Shown in pieces: positions 20,131 to 28,677 of a DNA stretch of 64,000 nt. The DNA is from an uncultured Acidobacteriota bacterium. GTDB taxonomy: Bacteria > Acidobacteriota > Thermoanaerobaculia > Multivoradales > UBA5704. Under the pieces are notes generated by a model that saw only the letters and a program-made list of their open reading frames with translations, made no database searches and had not been told where the DNA came from. The position numbers and the translations under genes are program-made. Where the stretch lies: NCBI GenBank assembly GCA_963770895.1, contig CAVYRF010000002.1:4160001-4224000 (forward strand), written 5' to 3'. Each line of letters opens with the position of its first letter. The stretch's first letter is position 1.

Positions 20131-21258
20131 TCAGGCGGCGAGAGCCTGCAACAGGTCGGCAATCAGGTCGTCGGGATGCTCCAGGCCGATCGAGATGCGC
20201 AGCAGATCGGGCGGCACGCGCGGCGAATGATCCACCGAAGCGCGGTGCTCCAGCAGGCTTTCGGGGCCGCCCAGGCTGGTGGCGTTGAGAAACAGGCGCA
20301 CCCCCGCGGCGACCCGCAGCGCCCCTTCGCGGCCGCCGGCCGGGCGCAGCGCCATCATGCCGCCGAAGGCGCGCATCTGGCGGCTGGCGACCGCGTGGCC
20401 GGGGTGGTCGGGCAGCCCCGGATAGTACACGGCGGCGACCTCCGGCCTGCCGGCGAGCGCGCGGGCGACCGCCAGGGCGTTGGCCGAGTGGCGTTCCATG
20501 CGGCAGGCGAGCGACCGCAGGCCGCGCAGCACCAGCCAGCTGTTGAAGGGCGCTGCCACCGCGCCCAGGTCGCGCCGCACGTCGCCGACCCGCGCCAGCA
20601 GCTCTTCGTCGCCGCGCCGCACCACCAGCGCGCCCCCCTGCACGTCGCTGTGCCCACCCAGGTATTTGGTGGTCGAATGCAGCACCACGTCGGCGCCCAG
20701 CTCCAGCGGACGTTGCAGCGCCGGCGTGGCCAGCGTGCCGTCCACCAGCAGGCGCGCCGCGGGCACCTGGGCGTGCACGGCGGCGGCGACCCGCTGCAGG
20801 TCCAGCACCTCCATCAGCGGATTGGTCGGGCTCTCCGCCCACACCAGCCGCGTGCTCGGCCGCAGGGCGGCCGCCAGCGCCGCCGCATCCTCCAGGTCGA
20901 CCACGTCGGCGGTCATCCCCCAGCGCGGCAGCCACTCCTGCGCCAGCACGTGCGACCCGTAATACAGGTCGCGATGGAACACCACGTGCGACCCGGCCGG
21001 CAGCGCCTGCACCAACGCCGCCCCCGCCGCCATGCCCGAGGCAAACGCCAGCGCCGCCCCGCCGCCTTCGATCGCCGCCAGCGCCTCCTCCAGCCGCGCC
21101 TGCGTGGGGTTGCTGTCGCGGATGTACAAATGCCCCAGCGGCGTTTCCCCCGCCGGACCGTGCTCAAACGTCGTCGACAGCTGAATCGGCGGCGCCACCG
21201 CCCCCGTCGCCGGGTCCACCGCGGCGCCCGCATGCACCGCCACCGTCTCAAATTTCAC
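20131..21258 (-). CDS. Cys/Met metabolism PLP enzyme (cystathionine gamma-synthase/lyase family)
   Basis: NPTQARLE, FASGMAA, ESPTNP, HSTTKYLGGHSD, SLGGPESL, LRISIGLE. Confidence 0.92.
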   Translation of the reverse strand: MKFETVAVHAGAAVDPATGAVAPPIQLSTTFEHGPAGETPLGHLYIRDSNPTQARLEEALAAIEGGGAALAFASGMAAGAALVQALPAGSHVVFHRDLYYGSHVLAQEWLPRWGMTADVVDLEDAAALAAALRPSTRLVWAESPTNPLMEVLDLQRVAAAVHAQVPAARLLVDGTLATPALQRPLELGADVVLHSTTKYLGGHSDVQGGALVVRRGDEELLARVGDVRRDLGAVAAPFNSWLVLRGLRSLACRMERHSANALAVARALAGRPEVAAVYYPGLPDHPGHAVASRQMRAFGGMMALRPAGGREGALRVAAGVRLFLNATSLGGPESLLEHRASVDHSPRVPPDLLRISIGLEHPDDLIADLLQALAA

Positions 21259-21325
21259 CCCAGCCCCCTTTCTCGCCAGCTCGCCCGGCACTCTACACCG
21301 CCCCAGCTCTCGGCGGCCTACCGCT

Positions 21326-21374
21326 GAAAAGCTGGGGGCCAACCGGGCCGTTGGTAACGGCGGGTTGGCCCCGG
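21326..21374 (-). terminator. Intrinsic terminator downstream of the 21407-22630 gene
   Basis: GGGGCCAACC..GCCGTT/AACGGC..GGTTGGCCCC hairpin followed by CTTTT on the minus strand. Confidence 0.55.
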
Positions 21375-21406
21375 GGTAGGCAGGGCGAAGGGTGGGTGTG
21401 CGCGCG

Positions 21407-22630
21407 CTAGGGGCCGAAGTTGCAGAGGTCGTCGGCGCGCATGGCTTCGTGGCCGGAGGAGAAGCGGCCGGCGACGCTGACCAGGGAGCCGGCCCAGCCC
21501 TGGGCGTGGGTGCCGTCGGCGCGCCATAGGTCGAGCATCAGCCAGCCGGTGGCGGGGCCTGGGGCCAGGCTGGGTTCGCCGACGTGGACGCGCTGGGTGG
21601 CGACGGGGAAGGCGTTGCTGTTGGGGATCATGCCGGCGTTTTCCTGCTCGTCAAAAAAGACCAGCTGCTCTTCGCCGGGCGGGCTCCACAGGGGGGCCTT
21701 GCCGCAGGCCACGGGGACGGCGTCGGGCACGCGCGTGTCGCGCCAGACCAGCAGGTCGGTGCCGGTGAAGGGGCCGCCGTCGAAGTAGCGCACGTAGTAC
21801 AGGCTGGAGAGCGGCATGCGGTCGTCGGCGCTGTTGAAGCCGTTGTAGCGGCCGTAAAAGGTGTAGGAGCCGGGCTGGAAGAAGTCGGGGTCGGCCACCA
21901 GCGCCAGCGCCGGCTGGCTTGCCGCCTGCTTTTGCGCGGTATTGATGTAAAAGACGTCACCCCACAGGACGTTGTTGTCGCTGGCCAGGCCGGTGCCGCC
22001 CTTGGCGAAATAGGCCGGGTCGGCGGGGGTGTTGGCGATCCCCGACAGGGTTGGCGGCGAGCAGCGGTTCACCGTGTCGACCGTGACGTATCCGGTGACC
22101 GGCGCGCCGGTGGCATGGAAGCTGGCGGCGCACTGCGCGGGTTGGACGTCGGGCAGCCGGCGGCCGGTGTGGGCGGCCTTCAGGAACGCCAGCTTGGTGA
22201 CGCCCATCCGCACGCTTTGCACGACGCTCGAGCCGCAGCCGGGAAAGGCCGGGCCGCTTTGCGACGGCGGTTGCGACGGGCTGACGCCGACGCCGGTGAC
22301 CGGCAGATCGCCGCTGAACAGGTCGCGCAGATTGATGGTCTGCACGTCGTAGCCGGTCAGGTAGACGTCGAAGGCGAGCGTCGGCACGCCCCAGTCGGTC
22401 CACAGCACGACCCGCGCCAGCGTCGGCTGCGGTGCGGAGTTGTTGATCGAGATCACGGTCGTGGCCCCCTGGGGATTTTCCAGGTCGACCTCGAAATAGG
22501 GGACCAGCAAAGTGGCGGCAGGCTGGTTGCCGAAGCGGCAGTTTCCCGTCAAATCGCCGGCTGCCAGCGGCAGGCCCGCCAGCAAGAGCACAAGCAGAAA
22601 TAGCGACCCGGTGTGGCGCACGTTCATCAT
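21407..22630 (-). CDS. Secreted Cys-containing hypothetical protein
   Basis: Signal peptide; PAATLLVPYFEVD, GYVTVDTVNRC, YTFYGRY; no function recognised. Confidence 0.75.
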   Translation of the reverse strand: MMNVRHTGSLFLLVLLLAGLPLAAGDLTGNCRFGNQPAATLLVPYFEVDLENPQGATTVISINNSAPQPTLARVVLWTDWGVPTLAFDVYLTGYDVQTINLRDLFSGDLPVTGVGVSPSQPPSQSGPAFPGCGSSVVQSVRMGVTKLAFLKAAHTGRRLPDVQPAQCAASFHATGAPVTGYVTVDTVNRCSPPTLSGIANTPADPAYFAKGGTGLASDNNVLWGDVFYINTAQKQAASQPALALVADPDFFQPGSYTFYGRYNGFNSADDRMPLSSLYYVRYFDGGPFTGTDLLVWRDTRVPDAVPVACGKAPLWSPPGEEQLVFFDEQENAGMIPNSNAFPVATQRVHVGEPSLAPGPATGWLMLDLWRADGTHAQGWAGSLVSVAGRFSSGHEAMRADDLCNFGP

Positions 22631-22739
22631 GGTGCTGTCTCCAAGCTTACTGGCCAACCGGAGGGGAAACGCTTCGCCGGGGAGCTGCCTCCCGACGCCG
22701 GCACTTGCGGGCCGGGGTGAGGAGGTTAGACTACCATGT

Positions 22740-23732
22740 ATGAGCGATTCTCTTGTCCAGATCGGCCCCCACTCCGCCCGCGGCCCCAGGGCCAACAGGC
22801 CGGAGTGGCTTCGTATAAAGCTTTCAACCCCTGCGACGTATCACCAGGTCCGTTCCCTGGTTGACCGGCTAAACCTGCACACAGTGTGCCAGGAGGCGCG
22901 CTGTCCCAACATCTACGAGTGCTGGGGCGAGCATGGCACCGCCACCTTCATGATCCTGGGCGACGTCTGCACGCGGCGCTGCGGCTTCTGCGCGGTGACC
23001 TCGGGGCGCCCGCAGACGGGCGTCGATCCGCTCGAGCCGGAGCACCTGGCGGAGGCGGTGGCGGCGATGGGGCTGCGCCACGCGGTGATCACCTCGGTGG
23101 ACAGGGACGACCTCGCCGACGGCGGCGCCGGCCACTTCGCGCAGGTGATCGAAGCCGTGCACCGGCGCAATCCCGGCACCGCCGTCGAGGTGCTCACCCC
23201 CGACTTTCGCGGTGTCCCGGATGCCCTGGACGTGGTTTTGGAGGCGGCGCCGGAAGTGTTCTCGCACAACATGGAGACGGTGCCCCGGCTGTACCGCAAA
23301 GCGCGGCCCGGCAGCCGCTACGATCGCAGTCTGGCGCTGCTGGCAGCGGCGGCGGCGGCAACCGCGGGCGGCGGCGGCGGTGTGCAGCCAGGCCAGGCGG
23401 CGGGCCGTGCGCCCTATGCCGGCCGCATCAAAACCGGCATCATGGTCGGCCTCGGCGAAGAGACGGCGGAAGTGCATGCGACGCTGGCCGACATTCGCGG
23501 CGCCGGCGTGGAGATCCTGACCATCGGCCAGTACCTGCAGCCGACGGCCGGGCATCTGCCGGTCGCGCGCTGGGTGCATCCCGACGAATTCGCGGCGTAC
23601 CGCGACCACGCCCTGTCCCTGGGCTTCGCCCACTGCGAGGCCGGTCCGCTGGTGCGCAGCAGCTACCACGCCCACGAGCACGTCGCGCCCGGCGCGCCGC
23701 GCGCTATGGCGCGAGCCGGCGGCGATGGATAG
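22740..23732 (+). CDS. lipA: Lipoyl synthase
   Basis: RPEWL, CQEARCPNIYEC, CTRRCGFC, HNMETV, TIGQYLQP, PLVRSSY. Confidence 0.96.
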   Translation: MSDSLVQIGPHSARGPRANRPEWLRIKLSTPATYHQVRSLVDRLNLHTVCQEARCPNIYECWGEHGTATFMILGDVCTRRCGFCAVTSGRPQTGVDPLEPEHLAEAVAAMGLRHAVITSVDRDDLADGGAGHFAQVIEAVHRRNPGTAVEVLTPDFRGVPDALDVVLEAAPEVFSHNMETVPRLYRKARPGSRYDRSLALLAAAAAATAGGGGGVQPGQAAGRAPYAGRIKTGIMVGLGEETAEVHATLADIRGAGVEILTIGQYLQPTAGHLPVARWVHPDEFAAYRDHALSLGFAHCEAGPLVRSSYHAHEHVAPGAPRAMARAGGDG

Positions 23733-23742
23733 AATGGCGCTT

Positions 23743-24198
23743 GTGACAGACAGCACAAACGCGCCCGAGCTGCGCATCCGGCCGCTGGAGGACATGGACA
23801 TCACGCCCATCGTCGGCATCGACGAAAAGATCGGCGGGCGGTACCGGCCGGAAGTCTGGGAGCGCCATATCGGTTATTACCTGCGCCGGGACCCGGAAGG
23901 GTCGGTGGTGGCCGAATGGCAGGGTGAAGTGGTGGGGTTCATGCTGGGTGAGGTCCGCGCCGGGGAATTCGGGCTGGAAGAGCCGACCGGCTGGATCGAA
24001 GTGCTGGGGGTGGACCCCGGCCATCGCGGCAAGGCCATCGGGCGCCGCATGGCGGAGACGCTTTTGGCGCACTTTCGGCAGCTGGGCGCCCACAGCGTGC
24101 GGACGCTGGTGGAAGAAGGCGCCGGCGAGCTGGGCGACTTCTTTGCCGCGCTCGGCTTCCAACCCTCGACCTTGCGGCCTTTCGTCAAGACACTGTAG
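23743..24198 (+). CDS. GNAT acetyltransferase; start 23725-23743
   Basis: VVGFMLGEVRAGEFG, GWIEVLGVDPGHRGKAIG acetyl-CoA motif, FFAALGF. Confidence 0.88.
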   Translation: MTDSTNAPELRIRPLEDMDITPIVGIDEKIGGRYRPEVWERHIGYYLRRDPEGSVVAEWQGEVVGFMLGEVRAGEFGLEEPTGWIEVLGVDPGHRGKAIGRRMAETLLAHFRQLGAHSVRTLVEEGAGELGDFFAALGFQPSTLRPFVKTL

Positions 24199-24300
24199 CG
24201 CCTGGCCCGGCGCCGGCCAGGTCGGCAACCGGCCAGCGGGCGGGCGCGACGCACGAGGCGAGCGCGGCGAGCACACGATCGGAACGCATCGGAGAGCATC

Positions 24301-25677
24301 ATGAGCAACCGGACCACAAGCCTTCCCAAGAACTTCCACGCCGCGGTGGTCAAGTGGCGAGACGCCTTCCTGCCGGACTATCAATTCCTGCTCGACAACT
24401 GGGAGCGGCATTTTCCCAACGACCCCAAGTTCGAGCTGTGCGCCTACCGGCAGCTGGGGATGTGCACCGAGATCGAATGCGGCGACGCCAAGGGCAAGCC
24501 CAAGTACAACCGCGCCGCCGAGATGCCGGCCGAGCCGGCGCACCACCTGCTGGGCGCGATCCGCGCCCAGGCTTCGACCGAGTTCGGCTCCATTCAGCAG
24601 CACCGGCTCACCCTGGCGCGGGCGCAGAGCGAAGAAGAGCAGTTCTGGATCCTGCGCATGATGGCGGAGGAGCTGCGCCACGGCTACCAGATGCTGCACC
24701 TGCTGGCCGACGACGACTGGACGTCGGTGTCCAAGGACAGCAGCGCCGACATGATCGAAGACATCCTGTCGATGAACACCGGCTCGCACGTGCTGGGGGC
24801 GTTCAACATCGATTTCGATTCGTTTGTCGACAACGTGGTGTTCTGCGCCCTGATCGATCGCGTCGGCAAGTACCAGCTGACGATGCAAAAGCAGAGCGCC
24901 TACCAGCCGATGGCTGAGAGCATGCCGCAGATGCTGCGCGAAGAGGCCTTCCACCTGGCTGCCGGGGTGGTGCCGATGCGGCGGTGGGCAACCTCGGCGG
25001 CGCGGGATGAAGGCCTGGTCACCATGGACATGCTGCAGCGTGCGATCAACAAGTGGATGCCGCGCGGCCTGGAGATGTTCGGCGACGAGCGCGGCGGCGG
25101 CACCAACGTGCGTTTCGGTTTGAAGCCGATGGCCAACGCGGAAGCGCAGCGCCTCTATCGCGAAGAGGTCGAAAAGCTGGTGCGCGACCTGAACCTCCGC
25201 TACCTGCGGGCGCGCCTGCCGCGGTTGTCGCTGGCCGAAGCGCCGCCGGTGCTGGATCGCGTCCTGGGCGGCGAAGCGGTGGAGGGCGTGCTTCCCGAAG
25301 ACCTGCTGCGCCTGCCGCACAGCGATTACTTCCGTCGCCGCGGCGTCCCCGCGTTCCGCATGGTCGGCACCGGCGGCGAAACCTTCACCGACCTGCACGA
25401 GTACCGGCACCACCTGGCGCGTACGCTGCCCGAAGCGTATCGCGCCGGGCGGGACTACAAGGACTACGTGGACGCCCTGGGCAAGGTCGAGCGCGGCGAG
25501 CTGACCATCGCCGCCGCGACCTCGCAGATGCCGGCGCTGCGCCGGGTGGGCGGTGCCTGCCCGTGCGCCAAGTCGGTGCGCTGGGTGGTCGACGCGCCGG
25601 CAGATCAGGCCCATGTGGGTGATCCGGGGGCGCTGGCGGGGTCGCCGACGAGCCAAGCTCCGGCCGCCACGGCCTGA
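24301..25677 (+). CDS. Ferritin-like diiron monooxygenase of the BoxB/PaaA type (aryl-CoA epoxidase-like)
   Basis: QASTEFGSIQQ, EELRH, DRVGKYQL, EEAFH, INKW...LEMFG: two ExxH diiron motifs in a BoxB-like arrangement. Confidence 0.72.
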   Translation: MSNRTTSLPKNFHAAVVKWRDAFLPDYQFLLDNWERHFPNDPKFELCAYRQLGMCTEIECGDAKGKPKYNRAAEMPAEPAHHLLGAIRAQASTEFGSIQQHRLTLARAQSEEEQFWILRMMAEELRHGYQMLHLLADDDWTSVSKDSSADMIEDILSMNTGSHVLGAFNIDFDSFVDNVVFCALIDRVGKYQLTMQKQSAYQPMAESMPQMLREEAFHLAAGVVPMRRWATSAARDEGLVTMDMLQRAINKWMPRGLEMFGDERGGGTNVRFGLKPMANAEAQRLYREEVEKLVRDLNLRYLRARLPRLSLAEAPPVLDRVLGGEAVEGVLPEDLLRLPHSDYFRRRGVPAFRMVGTGGETFTDLHEYRHHLARTLPEAYRAGRDYKDYVDALGKVERGELTIAAATSQMPALRRVGGACPCAKSVRWVVDAPADQAHVGDPGALAGSPTSQAPAATA

Positions 25678-25781
25678 CCGCGCACCTTGCCCAGCTGGGA
25701 ATGGCGCCGGTCGCGACCTTCGAGTACCATACTGCCGCCCATGAGAGCGCACGACCGTAGCTCCCGGCGCGGGTCCGCGCG

Positions 25782-26681
25782 TTGAGCCTGTTCAACCGGC
25801 TGCTGGTCAACACCCTGCCGGTGGTGCCGCGTCCCATCGTCGGACGCGTCGCGTCGCGTTACGTGGCGGGCGCGACGCTCGACGACGCCCTGCGCGTGGT
25901 GCGCGACCTCAACCGCCAGGGGGCGATGGCGACCATCGACCTGCTCGGCGAAGAGGTGAGCGAACGCGCCAAGGCGCTGGCAGCGGTCGACGAATACCTG
26001 CGCGTCTTCGCCGCCATCCGTGACCAGGGGCTGGACTCCAACGTTTCGATCAAGCTGACCCTGCTGGGTCTCAAGGTGGACGAAGGCTTCTGCCGCGACA
26101 ACGTCGATCGCATCGCCGCCGCCGCCCGCGAGTGCGGCAACTTCGTGCGCATCGACATGGAAGACCACACCTGCACCGACGCGACGCTACGCATTTATCG
26201 CGAGCTGCAGGCGCGCCATGGCAACCTGGGGGTGGTGCTGCAGGCGTACATGCGCCGCACTCTCCGCGATATCGGCGAGCTGCCCGAGCAGGGCGCCAAC
26301 GTGCGCATCTGCAAGGGCATCTACGTCGAGCACCGGCGCATCGCCTGGAAGGGATATGAGACGGTGCGCGCCAACTTCGTGCGCGCGCTCGAAAAACTGA
26401 TCGATCGCGGCGTCTATCCGGCGATCGCCACCCACGACGAATATCTGAGCGCCGCCGCCGTGGCACTGGTCGACAAGCACGGCCTGGCGCGCGACCGCTA
26501 CGAGTTCCAGATGCTGCTCGGCGTCGATCAGGAGCTGCGCGACATCCTGATCGCCGGTGGCCACCGCCTGCGCGTCTACGTGCCCTACGGCGGCGACTGG
26601 TATCCCTACTCGATCCGGCGCCTGCGCGAAAATCCCGAAGTCGCCCGCCACGTCCTGCGCGCCCTGCTGGCCGGCCGCTGA
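25782..26681 (+). CDS. Monofunctional proline dehydrogenase
   Basis: DLLGE, SIKLT, RIDME, QAY, RICKGIY, IATHD, EFQMLLG, RVYVPYG, RRLRE. Confidence 0.93.
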   Translation: MSLFNRLLVNTLPVVPRPIVGRVASRYVAGATLDDALRVVRDLNRQGAMATIDLLGEEVSERAKALAAVDEYLRVFAAIRDQGLDSNVSIKLTLLGLKVDEGFCRDNVDRIAAAARECGNFVRIDMEDHTCTDATLRIYRELQARHGNLGVVLQAYMRRTLRDIGELPEQGANVRICKGIYVEHRRIAWKGYETVRANFVRALEKLIDRGVYPAIATHDEYLSAAAVALVDKHGLARDRYEFQMLLGVDQELRDILIAGGHRLRVYVPYGGDWYPYSIRRLRENPEVARHVLRALLAGR

Positions 26682-26714
26682 GCGCGGCGCGCCGCCGCCT
26701 GCCTGTCGCTTACG

Positions 26715-27572
26715 CTACGCCGGCGGCTCGACGTCGCCTTCCGGCTCCTCGGCCGCGGCGGCCGCTGCCGCGTCGGGGCCGCCGGCCGGCGCCACCTTGC
26801 CGTTGAGCCGCCCGATGACCAGGTGGCGCTGGTCCGGGGTGTAGATCTCCGACGCCTTGGTGAGGCTCCACGCGTAGGCGACGACGGCGCCCGAGGGGTC
26901 CACGTACAGGCGCATCGTCCCCTCGCCGACACCGGAGTGGTAACGCCCCTTGGCGAAATGGCGCGTGTCCAGCGGGCCGTGGCCGGAGCGCGAGGAGTCG
27001 ATGACTCTCAATTCGTACTGGGTCGTGCCCGCCATCGCCGGCTCGGTCGCGGCGCGCGCCGCCGGCGGCGCGGCGACGACCAGCACGTGGCCGGTGGGGT
27101 GGTGCCCCGGCGGATAGCGGATCGCCACGACGTCGCCCGGCCGGATGGCCGCAACCGTCGTTACCCGGTCGAAGCCGTTCCCCGCGGCGATGGCATTGTG
27201 GAAGTCCGCCGCCTGGGGGAACGTGGTGTGCATCCAGCGCTTGAAATCCGCCCGGTTGTAGCCGTACGCCTGCATCATCAGGTGCGCCACCAGGGAACTG
27301 CACACGCTGCGGTTGCGCGTTTCGCCGCTGCCCGCCACCCCCGTCCAGGTGACGATCGTCGGGTGCGATGCGTATTCGTTGGTCGCCGGCGTCACGCCGT
27401 CGATCAGCCGGTGCGCCCACAGCAGATGGGAGGGACCGGAACCGCTGCCCGCGCTCCCGGCGGCCCCGGCGCCAATGCGGGCCGTCAGGCCGAGCACCAG
27501 CCCGGCGATCAGCAGCGCCTGCGTGAGCCGCGGTCTGTTGCGGGTCTGGCTCAGCTGCATGCGCTTTTCCAT
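26715..27572 (-). CDS. Secreted protein with a putative NlpC/P60/CHAP-like Cys-His dyad
   Basis: Signal peptide; VCSSLV, IRPGDVVAI, TGHVLVV. Confidence 0.6.
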   Translation of the reverse strand: MEKRMQLSQTRNRPRLTQALLIAGLVLGLTARIGAGAAGSAGSGSGPSHLLWAHRLIDGVTPATNEYASHPTIVTWTGVAGSGETRNRSVCSSLVAHLMMQAYGYNRADFKRWMHTTFPQAADFHNAIAAGNGFDRVTTVAAIRPGDVVAIRYPPGHHPTGHVLVVAAPPAARAATEPAMAGTTQYELRVIDSSRSGHGPLDTRHFAKGRYHSGVGEGTMRLYVDPSGAVVAYAWSLTKASEIYTPDQRHLVIGRLNGKVAPAGGPDAAAAAAAEEPEGDVEPPA

Positions 27573-28483
27573 TCGTGGTAGGCCCTGGACGCTTCGGCGG
27601 GGAAGCTGGTGCGCTCGGGGCGCCAGCCGATCTCGCCGGCGCGGCGGGTTTCCACCACCTGGTCGAGCGCCAGCGCGTCCGCGAAGCCGCCCAGGCCCTG
27701 GCGCGCCTGCTCCAGCGGCACCGAGCGCGTGGCGCCGCCGGCGCCCGCCGCCTCGCTCGCCGAGCGCGCCACCTCCGCCAGCGGCACGGCGTTGCCGTCC
27801 ACGGCGTGGAACACGCCGCGCGCCGACCGCTCGACGACCAGGCGATAGAAACGCGCCAGGTCCTGGACGTGGATCATCGGCAGCCGGTTGCTGCCGTCGC
27901 CCACGAACCGCGCGGCGCCCTCCTTTTCGGCCGAATCGAAGTAGCTGCCGGGAATGCCGCCGCTGCCGCCGTAGACGATCCCCGGCCGGATCACCGCCGT
28001 CGCCAGATCCTTGCCGGCAGCGCCCAGAACCCGCGCTTCATGGCCGACCCGCCAGGCCACCAGCTCCAGCGGGTGGTCCGTCGGCGTCTCCTCGGACGCC
28101 GCCTGATCGCCGGTCGCGCCCAACACCCACACTCCCGACGTGTAGACCAGCGACCGGAGCCCTTGCACCTGGCTTGCCTGGCTGGCCGTCACCAGCGTTT
28201 CGACCGCCTTGGCATCCGCCCCCGGCGCCCCCTGCGCGTCGAACGCCATGTGCACCACCACCTGGTGCCGCGCCGCCTGGTCGCGGTACGTCTCCGGGTC
28301 GCCGATGTCGCCCACCACCGTCCGCACCCCCAGCCCGCGCAGACGTTCGCCCGCCTCCCCACCGCCGTCGCCCGCTTCGCCATGCCGCCGCACCAGCGCG
28401 GTGACCTGGTGGCGTGCCTGCGCCAGCTCCGCAGCCACCGCCTGCCCGATATACCCGGTCGCACCCGTCAGAAACACGTCCAT
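27551..28483 (-). CDS. NAD-dependent epimerase/dehydratase (extended SDR)
   Basis: VFLTGATGYIG, YTSG, IRPGIVYG, IHVQDLA; GGAGG RBS. Confidence 0.9.
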   Translation of the reverse strand: MDVFLTGATGYIGQAVAAELAQARHQVTALVRRHGEAGDGGGEAGERLRGLGVRTVVGDIGDPETYRDQAARHQVVVHMAFDAQGAPGADAKAVETLVTASQASQVQGLRSLVYTSGVWVLGATGDQAASEETPTDHPLELVAWRVGHEARVLGAAGKDLATAVIRPGIVYGGSGGIPGSYFDSAEKEGAARFVGDGSNRLPMIHVQDLARFYRLVVERSARGVFHAVDGNAVPLAEVARSASEAAGAGGATRSVPLEQARQGLGGFADALALDQVVETRRAGEIGWRPERTSFPAEASRAYHEWKSACS

Positions 28484-28677
28484 GCTCGCGCCCTCCGCGC
28501 CGCATCTTAGCAGCGCGCCGCGTCGCGCCGCGGTCGTGGTCGCACCGGTTGCAGCAGCCCGCCCGCGGCCTCGCCACCGGTGCGCGCCATCGATATGGCG
28601 TAATAACATTTTTGTGGTATCATGGGTCCACACCTGAAAGACGACGCGCCCTCTTCCTGGCGCTGAGCGGAGGGATC

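Noticed and set aside
21259-21330. SAM riboswitch upstream of the Cys/Met enzyme
   Set aside because: Leader is too short and lacks the consensus
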